Part shown: positions 53,468 to 61,423 of the stretch, one piece after another
Layout: the number at the start of each line of letters is the position of its first letter
Numbering within the stretch: the first letter of the stretch is position 1
Assembly: GCA_963785725.1 (NCBI GenBank)
Contig: CAWAWS010000020.1
Location: 160,001 to 224,000 of the forward strand
Length of the DNA stretch: 64,000 bases
Origin: an uncultured delta proteobacterium
GTDB lineage: Bacteria > Myxococcota_A > Polyangia > Palsa-1104
Direction of reading: 5' to 3'
Notes under the pieces: generated by a model
Database searches by the model: none
Told to the model about the DNA's origin: nothing
Seen by the model: the letters and a program-made list of their open reading frames with translations, nothing else
Translations under genes and position numbers: made by a program

Positions 53468-54484
53468 ATGGGTGACGTCACCGCAGGTTCGACGTCCGCG
53501 CGCCGCTGCTCACAATGCGGCGGCTCGACCCATTTGCGCACGCCGCACGTCGTCATCGATGGGCCGACCATCCGCACCTTCTGCTCGGCCGATTGCGCCG
53601 CGCAGGCCGCGCAGGGCGAGCCGGCGATGCCGCTCGTGCCGCCGGAGCCGGCGCGACCGCCGCGCCGCTGGGCGCGCCGACTCATGAACCTCAGCCTCGG
53701 CGTGCCGATGCTCTTGTACACGAGCGGACGACCGCTGCCGCCGCATCCGACGGCGCTGGCCGCATCCTCGTCGGCGCCGTCGGATGCATCGGCGACGCAT
53801 ACGATCGCGGCGTCGACGCTGCCCGATCCGGCGCTGTTCGGCCCGCGCTGGCCGCCCAACGATCAAGACTGGCTCGACGAGATAGCCGGCGACGCCTGGG
53901 TGCATCCGCTCGACGGACCCAATCGCCGCATGCCCATCAGCGACAGCCGCGTCTTCGGCGCCGAGCGCGCCGGCGATCGCCCCGGCGAATGCCGCAACGG
54001 CCACTGCGGCGTCGACTTGTCGGGCCCGTGGGGCGAGCCGGTGCACGCCGTGCATGACGGCGTCGTCGATCGCGTGCAGCGCGGCCCCAACGACGAGCAC
54101 GGCGGCCTCTACGTGCGCATCGCCCATCGCGACGGCACCATCTTCTCGCAGTATTTCCACTTGGCGGCGATCCCACGTCATCTCGAGCCGGGCGTGCACG
54201 TCAAAGTGGGCGAGGTCGTCGGGCTGCTCGGCGACTCGGGCGTCAAGCACTCGGCGCCGCATCTGCATTTCGCGCTCTCGGTGCGGCCGGCGGCGAACGC
54301 GACCGAGAAGTACATGGATCCCGAGCCGCTCATCGCGCTCTGGCCGCTGCGTCTGGCGACCGGCGACACGACCGGCATGTTGACGGCGCGCGCGGCGCCC
54401 GGCGTGCCGCACGGCGCCGCGTCGCGCCATGCGCGCCATCACGCGGCCGCGGCCGCGGACGACGACAGCGGCCCGTCCGAATAG
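53468..54484 (+). CDS. M23-family metallopeptidase with an N-terminal Cys-rich (TRASH/YHS-like) module
   Basis: HCGVD and HLH zinc motifs; N-terminal CSQC..FCSADC. Confidence 0.88.
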   Translation: MGDVTAGSTSARRCSQCGGSTHLRTPHVVIDGPTIRTFCSADCAAQAAQGEPAMPLVPPEPARPPRRWARRLMNLSLGVPMLLYTSGRPLPPHPTALAASSSAPSDASATHTIAASTLPDPALFGPRWPPNDQDWLDEIAGDAWVHPLDGPNRRMPISDSRVFGAERAGDRPGECRNGHCGVDLSGPWGEPVHAVHDGVVDRVQRGPNDEHGGLYVRIAHRDGTIFSQYFHLAAIPRHLEPGVHVKVGEVVGLLGDSGVKHSAPHLHFALSVRPAANATEKYMDPEPLIALWPLRLATGDTTGMLTARAAPGVPHGAASRHARHHAAAAADDDSGPSE

Positions 54485-54489
54485 CCGCG

Positions 54490-56244
54490 CTACTCCGGCT
54501 GCGGCGGCGGCTGATGCCCGTTCTTCGGCAGCAGCGTGATGCTGTGGATGTACTGCTGGAACAACAGGTTCGACGGTGAAGCCTGCGTCGTGCCCAAGCT
54601 GATGCTGAAGTAGCCCTTGCTCTCGCTCTTCAGACCAATGTAACCGGCCTTCGAGCCTTCGGCGCCATTGACCGTGTGGTAGCCGCCGCCACCGCCGCCC
54701 TTCGCCGGCTTGGCCGGCTTGGTCGGCTTGTTGCCGGGCTTCGGTTTCGGCTTCTTCCCACCAGCGCCGCCACCGCTGCTGGAACCCTCGGCCGGATCCG
54801 ACGATCCGCTGTTCGAGCCTTTGTAGACCTCGTTGATGACCGCGGTCGCCGAGCCGCTGTCGCCGAGGACGGTATTCTTTGGGTTGAAGAGCACGTCGCC
54901 GGCGCCCGGCTTGAGCGTGATCTGAACGATCGTCTCGGTGTCCGAGTCCTTGGCGTAGTCCTTCGCCTGGTTGTAGTCGCCGAGGTGAGCGCCGATGGGA
55001 ATGATGCCGGGCGCACCGTTGCTCTTGATCTGCTTGCTGATATCGGACGATCCGAGCCGGCCGCCGCCGCTGGCGACGAGGTTGTCGACGTCCTTGCGCG
55101 CATCGCTGTCGAACCAGTCCTTGATCGCTTGCGCCTCGCTGTCCTTCATCCCGCGATAGACGCTGATCTGCGTCGGATTGGACTGCCCGGCCTTCGCGAT
55201 ATCCGACAGCAACCCCGGCCCGCCCTGCACGACGTCTTGCAGCGTGCGGTTTGGCGGCGGCGACTTGTTGTCTTTTCCCTTCCAGTAGGCCGTGCCTTGG
55301 GTCGACGTGAAGATCTTCGTTCCGTTATTCTTGTCCTGATCCTTGAGCTGCTGCTCCCAGAAGCTCTGCGAGAACACCTCGTCGCCGCGGTCGGGGGTCG
55401 CGCTCGAGCTGCCTTCGCCACTGCCCGAGCCCGAGGCCGAGCCCGAGCTCGTGCTGATCGATGGGCCGCCGTGGTCGTCGCCCAAGCCCGGCGTAGCGGC
55501 GGTGCAAGGATCCGAGTTGTGCGCCCAGACCGCGAGGCGGCCGACGAAGTACGTGTGCGTCCCTTCGACCGCGAAGTTGTAGACCGGAACGTCGGCCGCC
55601 AGCGACTCGCCGTCGACGAGATCGAGCTGCTCGCCCGCCGCATCGAGCAGATGATCGCGACCGGGCACCAGCTCCGCGGCCACGACCCAGCCGCGCTCCA
55701 AGCTCTGCAGCGGATGATCGGGCGTCGCCACGAGCGTGTCGGTCGCGCCGACCGAGTTGACGATCGTCAGCCGCACGAGCGCATGCACCCGATGCACGAC
55801 CGTGCGCAAGACCGGCCGCCACTCTTGCTCGCCGCCGAATTGATCGCGCGTCAGGACGACCGTGCCCGTCGTGATCGTCTCAATAGGGCGTAAGCCGTCT
55901 TCGGTCATGATCGGCGTGCCGGCGACGAAGCAGCCGGGCGTGCCGTCGGGGTTCTTGACCTTGCAGGCGTTGCAGTTGATGGTCGCCGTCGGGCCGTTGG
56001 GCCCGTTGCCGCTCCCGCTGCCGTTGCCGCTCGGGCCGTTTTGCGCGAGCGCGGCGCCGTCGTCGCAGGCGTTGACCTCTTTGCCGTCGAGGTCGAGCGC
56101 CGTCGTGGCGATGCCCATGCGACAACGAATCTGCTTGCCGAACGCGCGATAGCCGATGATCGCCGTCATCGCGACGAAGATCATCGCGATGACGTATTCG
56201 ATGCCCGAAGATCCGCGGATTCGTCTGCTCGTTGGTTTCGCCAT
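54490..56244 (-). CDS. Flp/Tad pilin-like N-terminus + HINT domain + putative toxin/effector domain
   Basis: RRIRG|SSGIEYVIAMIFVAMTAIIG (Flp motif); CFVAGT..TPDHP..VYNFAVEGTHTYFVG..AHN|S (HINT); unique C-terminal domain of about 340 aa. Confidence 0.88.
   Translation of the reverse strand: MAKPTSRRIRGSSGIEYVIAMIFVAMTAIIGYRAFGKQIRCRMGIATTALDLDGKEVNACDDGAALAQNGPSGNGSGSGNGPNGPTATINCNACKVKNPDGTPGCFVAGTPIMTEDGLRPIETITTGTVVLTRDQFGGEQEWRPVLRTVVHRVHALVRLTIVNSVGATDTLVATPDHPLQSLERGWVVAAELVPGRDHLLDAAGEQLDLVDGESLAADVPVYNFAVEGTHTYFVGRLAVWAHNSDPCTAATPGLGDDHGGPSISTSSGSASGSGSGEGSSSATPDRGDEVFSQSFWEQQLKDQDKNNGTKIFTSTQGTAYWKGKDNKSPPPNRTLQDVVQGGPGLLSDIAKAGQSNPTQISVYRGMKDSEAQAIKDWFDSDARKDVDNLVASGGGRLGSSDISKQIKSNGAPGIIPIGAHLGDYNQAKDYAKDSDTETIVQITLKPGAGDVLFNPKNTVLGDSGSATAVINEVYKGSNSGSSDPAEGSSSGGGAGGKKPKPKPGNKPTKPAKPAKGGGGGGYHTVNGAEGSKAGYIGLKSESKGYFSISLGTTQASPSNLLFQQYIHSITLLPKNGHQPPPQPE
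55516..55932 (-). other. HINT (polymorphic-toxin/BIL-type) auto-processing domain, 139 aa
   Basis: Cys1 at codon 55932-55930, block-B TxxH (TPDH), terminal His-Asn at 55521-55516, followed by Ser. Confidence 0.9.
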
Positions 56245-56268
56245 GTGAGGCTCGGCCGGACTCCAACA

Positions 56269-56282
56269 GCAAGCCCTGTGCC
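56269..56282 (-). promoter_or_regulatory. sigma54 (-24/-12) promoter of the pilin-HINT gene
   Basis: The minus strand reads GGCACAGGGCTTGC(T), i.e. GG-N10-GC, 24 bp before the ATG. Confidence 0.75.
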
Positions 56283-56382
56283 CTTTCATTCGCATGCTGA
56301 TTCGACAGCTTACACTCGCGATCACGACCGCGCGGGGTCTCTTCCCCCAACCGCGGCTGGGGCTGGCAGTCTCGGGGTCCGA

Positions 56383-57468
56383 TCAGCAGCTCAAGTTGGA
56401 GCCGGGGTCGACGCCGAGCATGTTGCAGAACGTCTGATAGTGCGTGACGCGGTCTTGCACTTCGGTCGGGTTGCCGCCGTTGCATTCGATGGAGCCGTTG
56501 ATCGTCTGGATGGTCGCGCCGAAGCCATCGCCGTTGACGATCGCGTCGTGGCAGATGTACTGACCGGCGCCCGTCGACGTCATCCAATACCAAAGGCCGG
56601 TCTGCCAGGCGACGGTGGCGTCTTGCGCGACCAGATCGGGGTTGGCTTGCAGCGGCAGGTTGAGCGCCTTGCCGACGGCGCAGTAGTTGAAGTTCCAGCT
56701 GATCTGCAAGGGACCGCGGCCGTAATACTGCTTGCCGGCGGCGCACGGGCAGTCGCTCGACGATTGGCAGTAGTCGCCTTTGACGATCTCCTCGACGTAG
56801 ACGAGCTCGCCGGTCTCGTGGGCGACGTTGGCCAAGAAGGCGGCGACCTCGCGCTTCTGCACGTCGGAGCTACCGCTGGTGGCGAACGCGGGATAGCTGG
56901 CGGTGGCGTTCACGAGCCCCTGGTACGTGTAGAAGCTGTTGCGGTTGGGGAACATCTGGTCGAACTGCGACTCGCTCAAGATCGCGGCCAAGCCGCTGCC
57001 AACGGGCGTTCCGCCGCCGCCGGCGCTGCCACCGCCACCGGCGCTGCCGCCGCCGCCGCCGGCGCTGCCACCGCCGCCGCCGTTGCCGGTCGGCGCGCAA
57101 GTGTACGGGCTCCAGTACCACGTGCTGATCGTCGGATCGTAGCCGGGGTTGTCGTGCGTCGCTTGGTAGTCGTTGCCGTTCGAGTACGTGACGATGTCGC
57201 CGGTCTTGTAGGCTTGGCCGGCGACCCACGGCAGGGCGCCGCACGCGTCGGGGCCGGTCGTCGTGCCGCCACCGCCGGCCGTCCCGCCGCCGCCGGCGCT
57301 GCCACCGCCGCCGCCGTTCGACGTCGTGCCGCCACCGCCGCCGTTCGACGTCGTGCCGCCACCGCCGCCGTTCGACGTGCTGCCGCCGCCCGCTGCCATC
57401 TTGATGTTGGACGGGCCGCCACAGCCGGCGGCGATGAAGACGAGGCAGGCGAGCACGGACTTAGTCAT
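56383..57468 (-). CDS. GH19 chitinase lipoprotein with one chitin-binding module
   Basis: LANVAHETG, YGRGPLQISWNFNY, INGSIEC; W..GQAY..GDIVTY CBM; lipobox AAGC. Confidence 0.93.
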   Translation of the reverse strand: MTKSVLACLVFIAAGCGGPSNIKMAAGGGSTSNGGGGGTTSNGGGGGTTSNGGGGGSAGGGGTAGGGGTTTGPDACGALPWVAGQAYKTGDIVTYSNGNDYQATHDNPGYDPTISTWYWSPYTCAPTGNGGGGGSAGGGGGSAGGGGSAGGGGTPVGSGLAAILSESQFDQMFPNRNSFYTYQGLVNATASYPAFATSGSSDVQKREVAAFLANVAHETGELVYVEEIVKGDYCQSSSDCPCAAGKQYYGRGPLQISWNFNYCAVGKALNLPLQANPDLVAQDATVAWQTGLWYWMTSTGAGQYICHDAIVNGDGFGATIQTINGSIECNGGNPTEVQDRVTHYQTFCNMLGVDPGSNLSC

Positions 57469-57481
57469 GCCGCGCCTCATC

Positions 57482-57495
57482 GCAAGCGCGATGCC
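57482..57495 (-). promoter_or_regulatory. sigma54-type promoter of chitinase 2
   Basis: The minus strand reads GGCATCGCGCTTGC, 13 bp before the ATG. Confidence 0.7.
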
Positions 57496-57605
57496 GAGCC
57501 CGATCGATCGCGATGATTGGGAAATGACAGGATTTGCGGCGTGGGTGACTGGAGTCGCGAGAGCCCGGGCGTCCATTGCCGGTTGACGTCCGGCCGGCTC
57601 CTCGC

Positions 57606-57644
57606 CCGGGCGAGCCGTCGACGAGGGTCGACGGGCCCGCCCGG
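57606..57644 (-). terminator. GC-rich hairpin after chitinase 1 (no U-tract)
   Basis: CCGGGCG..CCGTCGAC-GAGG-GTCGACGG..CGCCCGG, 14 bp past the stop. Confidence 0.4.
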
Positions 57645-57658
57645 TTGCCGTGCCGGAG

Positions 57659-59026
57659 CTAGCAGCTGATGTTGGAGCCGGGGTCGACGCCGAGCATCGA
57701 GCAGAACTTCTGGTAGTACTGCACGCGATCCGAGACTTCGCCGGGGTTGCCGCCGTTGCACTCGATGGAGCCGTTGATCGTCTGGATGGTCGCGCCGAAG
57801 CCCGAGCCGTTGACGATGGCGTTGTGGCACGTCTGGCTGCCCGCGCCCGTCGACGTCATCCAGTACCAAAGCGCCGTCTGCCAGGCGACCGTCGCGTTGG
57901 TCGAGACGAGGTTGGGGTTGGCGAGGAGCGGCAGGTTGAGCGCCGCGCCGGCCGCGCCGTAGTTGAAGTTCCAGCTGATCTGCAAGGGACCGCGGCCGAA
58001 GTACTCCTGGCCCGCCGCGCACTGGTACGAGCTCGACGTGTCGCAGTAGACGCCCTGCACGATTTCGTCGATGTAGACGAGGCCGGCCGTCTCGTGGGCG
58101 ACGTTGGCGAGGAGCGCGGCCACTTCGCGCTTCTGCACGTCGGAGGCGCCGCTGGTGGCGAACGCGGCGTAGCTGGCGGTGGCGCTGACGAGCCCTTGGT
58201 ACGTGTAGAACGAGTTGCGGCTCGGGAACATGGCGTCGAACTGCGACTCGCTCAAGATGGCCGCGAGACCGCTGCCGCCGCTGGTCGTGCCGCCGCCGCT
58301 CGTCGTGCCGCCGCCGCTCGTCGTGCCGCCGCCGCTGCACGCGTACGGGCTCCAGAACCACGTGCTGATGGTCGGGTCGTAGCCGGGGTTGGCGTTGGTC
58401 GCGATGTACTCGTTGCCGTTCGTATAGGTCACGATGCTGCCGACGTTGTAGTACGTGCCCGCCACCCACGCCGGCGCGTTGCAGCTGCCGCCGCTCGTCG
58501 TGCCGCCACCGCTCGTCGTGCCGCCGCCGCTGCACGCGTACGGGCTCCAGAACCACGTGCTGATGGTCGGGTCGTAGCCGGGGTTGGCGTTGGTCGCGAT
58601 GTACTCGTTGCCGTTCGTATAGGTCACGATGCTGCCGACGTTGTAGTACGTGCCCGCCACCCACGCCGGCGCGTTGCAGCTGCCGCCGCTCGTCGTGCCG
58701 CCGCCGCCCGACGTCGTGCCGCCGCCGCCCGACGTCGTGCCGCCGCCCGACGTCGTGCCGCCGCCGCTCGAGCAGGTCACCGCCGTCCACAGCGACGCGA
58801 CCGCGTCGGGCGTCCAGTTCGAGAGCGCCGTGTGCGCCTGCACGCACTGATAGATCGTGCCGTTGTAGCTGACGAGCGCGCCGACCGCGTAGTACGTGCC
58901 GGACGCCCAAGCCGGCACCGTGGCCGGGCAGGAGACGGCGGAGCTAGCGCTGCTCTCGCCGGAAGTTTGCGCCATGCCGCCACAGCCGGCGACGACGAGG
59001 ATGCATGCGAGCAGTGTCTTGGACAT
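57659..59026 (-). CDS. GH19 chitinase lipoprotein with three chitin-binding modules
   Basis: LANVAHETA, FGRGPLQISWNFNY, INGSIEC; three AW..GTYY.VG modules; lipobox VAGC. Confidence 0.93.
   Translation of the reverse strand: MSKTLLACILVVAGCGGMAQTSGESSASSAVSCPATVPAWASGTYYAVGALVSYNGTIYQCVQAHTALSNWTPDAVASLWTAVTCSSGGGTTSGGGTTSGGGGTTSGGGGTTSGGSCNAPAWVAGTYYNVGSIVTYTNGNEYIATNANPGYDPTISTWFWSPYACSGGGTTSGGGTTSGGSCNAPAWVAGTYYNVGSIVTYTNGNEYIATNANPGYDPTISTWFWSPYACSGGGTTSGGGTTSGGGTTSGGSGLAAILSESQFDAMFPSRNSFYTYQGLVSATASYAAFATSGASDVQKREVAALLANVAHETAGLVYIDEIVQGVYCDTSSSYQCAAGQEYFGRGPLQISWNFNYGAAGAALNLPLLANPNLVSTNATVAWQTALWYWMTSTGAGSQTCHNAIVNGSGFGATIQTINGSIECNGGNPGEVSDRVQYYQKFCSMLGVDPGSNISC
58316..58700 (-). 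repeat. 195-bp near-exact duplication of a chitin-binding module plus linker
   Basis: Matching sequence at 58334 and 58529 (period 195 bp, 65 aa), bounded by SGGGTT codon repeats. Confidence 0.9.
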
Positions 59027-59039
59027 GCCGCGCCTCATC

Positions 59040-59053
59040 GCAAGCGCAATGCC
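59040..59053 (-). promoter_or_regulatory. sigma54-type promoter of chitinase 1
   Basis: The minus strand reads GGCATTGCGCTTGC, 13 bp before the ATG. Confidence 0.7.
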
Positions 59054-59249
59054 GGACCGCTCACGAGCGCGACCGCACGGCGGGCAACGACTTCGCGGAA
59101 TCGGCCCTGGGGCGGCGCGACCCACCACGTCCATTGCGGGTTGACGTCTCGCGTCGGAGACAACGATTTATCGCTGTTTCGACCGCCATTTAGCGCGTAA
59201 ACGCGGTCCCCTTGCCGCTAGTCGGATCGCGTGGTGCAATGGCCGTCCG

Positions 59250-61319
59250 TTGGCGCGCGTGCCTACCCATGTTCGCGAAGTGCTGCGACTGTCGGCGGCG
59301 CGGCCGGCGCTGGCGTTGGGCGCGCGCACGGCGCTGGCCACGGTGCTGCCGCTCTTCTTGTCGTCCGTCATCGGCGACGCCGCGGCGACGTGGGCGAGCT
59401 TGACCGGCTTCTCGGTGGCGCTGGCCGACAAAGGCGGCGCCTATCCGACGCGCTTTGCGACGATGAGCGCGGTGACCCTCTTCGGCGCGGCGGCAGCGCT
59501 GGCCGGCTCGCTCGTCGGCGCGCACGCGATCGGCGCCGTCGCGGCGATGGCGCTGGTCACCGCGCTGTGCGGCTTCGCCGGCGTGTGGGGACCGGCGGCG
59601 GCGGGCACGGGCTCGACCGTCGCCGTCATGTTCGCCGTCGCCGTCGCGTGGCCGTTGGCGACGGTCGATCTGGCGCTGGCGCGCGCCGTGGCCGTCCTCG
59701 GCGGCGGCGCGTGGGCGACGGTGCTCGCCATCGTCTTCTGGCCCGTGCGCGTCTACAAGCCGGCGCGTTATGCCGTCGCCCACGCGTTCCGCTTGCTCGC
59801 CGATCAGGTCAACACGCGCACCGGACCGGACGGCCACGGCCCGCTGCGCGACGCCATCGAGAACGCGCGCGCGGTGCTGGCGGCGACGCGACGCGGCCGA
59901 CGCGGCGAGAGCGGGCGCGGCGAGCGGCTCCTCGTGCTGTCGCAAATCTCCGATCTGGTGTTCGGCTCGCTGGTCGCCATCGAAGACGTGCTCGACATGG
60001 GCGACGCCGAGCTCAACGCCGCCATCACGCGCGAATTGACGGCGATGAGCGCGACGCTGCTCGAGCTGGCGCGCGACATCGAGACCGAAGCGCGCGTCCG
60101 AAAGCCGGCGCCGCTGTCGTGGGGCGGCGAGCGCCTGCGGCAGCTGGCGACGGAGATGCCGACGGCGCGCCGCGTTCAGGTCGAGCACGCGGCGGCCATC
60201 GTGAGCAACCTCGCCAGCCTCGTGACGATGGCCCGCGAGCTGACGGCGACGCTGCACGACGACGCCGCGCCCACGCCGACCTCGCCGCTCGTGCCCGGGC
60301 CGATGCCGCCGCGCCCGTCGCTGTGGGAGCCGCTGCGCGAGAACCTCGACTGGGACTCGCCGCTGTTGCGCCACGCGGCGCGGCTGGCGCTCTTGAGCGC
60401 GACGGCGGTGCTCTTGGCGCGCTGGCTCGGGCTGGCGCGCGGCTACTGGGTGACGCTGACCGTCATCATCCTCTTACAGCCCTACTCGCCGGCGACGGTG
60501 ACCAAGGCGCTGCAGCGCGTGTCCGGCACCGTCGCCGGCGGCATCTTGGCCGCGCTCTTGGGCTCGGTGGTGCACGACGCGCACGGCATTTTGGCGCTGG
60601 CGTTCATCTTGTCGGCGCTGAGCGCGGCGGTGCTGCAGATCAACTACGCGCTCTACTCGCTGCTGTTGACGCCGACGTTCGTGCTCTTGGCCGAGGTGCA
60701 CGCCAACGACTGGAGCTTGGCGCGCCTGCGCATCATGAACACGATCATTGGCGGCGTGCTGGCGTTCATCGGCGCCTCCCTGTGGCCGAGCCGCGAGCGC
60801 ACGCGCTTCGCCGAGTCGCTGGCCGCGGCGCTGGAGGCGACGCGCGACTACTTCGCCTGCGTCATGGCGGTCGTGGCCGGCGCCAATCCGTCGCCGTCGC
60901 CGCGGCTCAACGCCGCGCGTCGCCGCTTCGGCCTGCGCTGCAACGAAGCCGACGGCTCCTTGCAGCGGCTGCTCGCCGAGAGCCACGCGCGCCCGGAGGC
61001 GATCGAGCCGCTCATGACGCTGGTGCTCTACGTGCGCCGCTTCGGCGCGTCGATGGGCGCGCTGGCGTCGGCGCGCGCGATGCTGCCGCCGACGACGTTG
61101 GCGCGCACGGGGCCGCTGGTGGCGCCGATTCAGCGCGCGCTCGAGGACCTGCAGGACGCGGTCGTGCACGCGCGCCGGCCGGCGCCGCTGCAGCTACCGC
61201 CCATCGACGTCGACGATCCGCTCGTGGCCGCGCGCGCCCAGCGCTTCGTGCAGCAGCTGTCGATTCTGCACGGCGCCGTCGAGCGCTGGCGCCGCGAGGA
61301 CAGTGGCAACCGCCAGTAG
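59250..61319 (+). CDS. FUSC/YccS-family membrane transporter
   Basis: Two TM blocks; RHAARL..GYWVTLT..LQP..QRVSGT..RIMNTIIG. Confidence 0.88.
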   Translation: MARVPTHVREVLRLSAARPALALGARTALATVLPLFLSSVIGDAAATWASLTGFSVALADKGGAYPTRFATMSAVTLFGAAAALAGSLVGAHAIGAVAAMALVTALCGFAGVWGPAAAGTGSTVAVMFAVAVAWPLATVDLALARAVAVLGGGAWATVLAIVFWPVRVYKPARYAVAHAFRLLADQVNTRTGPDGHGPLRDAIENARAVLAATRRGRRGESGRGERLLVLSQISDLVFGSLVAIEDVLDMGDAELNAAITRELTAMSATLLELARDIETEARVRKPAPLSWGGERLRQLATEMPTARRVQVEHAAAIVSNLASLVTMARELTATLHDDAAPTPTSPLVPGPMPPRPSLWEPLRENLDWDSPLLRHAARLALLSATAVLLARWLGLARGYWVTLTVIILLQPYSPATVTKALQRVSGTVAGGILAALLGSVVHDAHGILALAFILSALSAAVLQINYALYSLLLTPTFVLLAEVHANDWSLARLRIMNTIIGGVLAFIGASLWPSRERTRFAESLAAALEATRDYFACVMAVVAGANPSPSPRLNAARRRFGLRCNEADGSLQRLLAESHARPEAIEPLMTLVLYVRRFGASMGALASARAMLPPTTLARTGPLVAPIQRALEDLQDAVVHARRPAPLQLPPIDVDDPLVAARAQRFVQQLSILHGAVERWRREDSGNRQ

Positions 61320-61395
61320 ACACCGGGTTTCACGCTGGGGCCCACGCACCCCGGCCTCATAATTCAACTAGCTGATATCAGGACGTTTAGACGTT

Positions 61396-61409
61396 GGCTT
61401 CGCGCTTGT
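61396..61409 (+). promoter_or_regulatory. Possible sigma54-type promoter
   Basis: TTGGCTTCGCGCTTGT: GG-N10-GT, one mismatch at -12, 14 bp before the GTG at 61424. Confidence 0.35.
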
Positions 61410-61423
61410 ATAGACAGCTCTTC

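Noticed and set aside
55516..55932. Mobile intein
   Set aside because: It has no homing endonuclease, is not inserted in a conserved housekeeping protein, and its context fits a toxin or BIL-type HINT.
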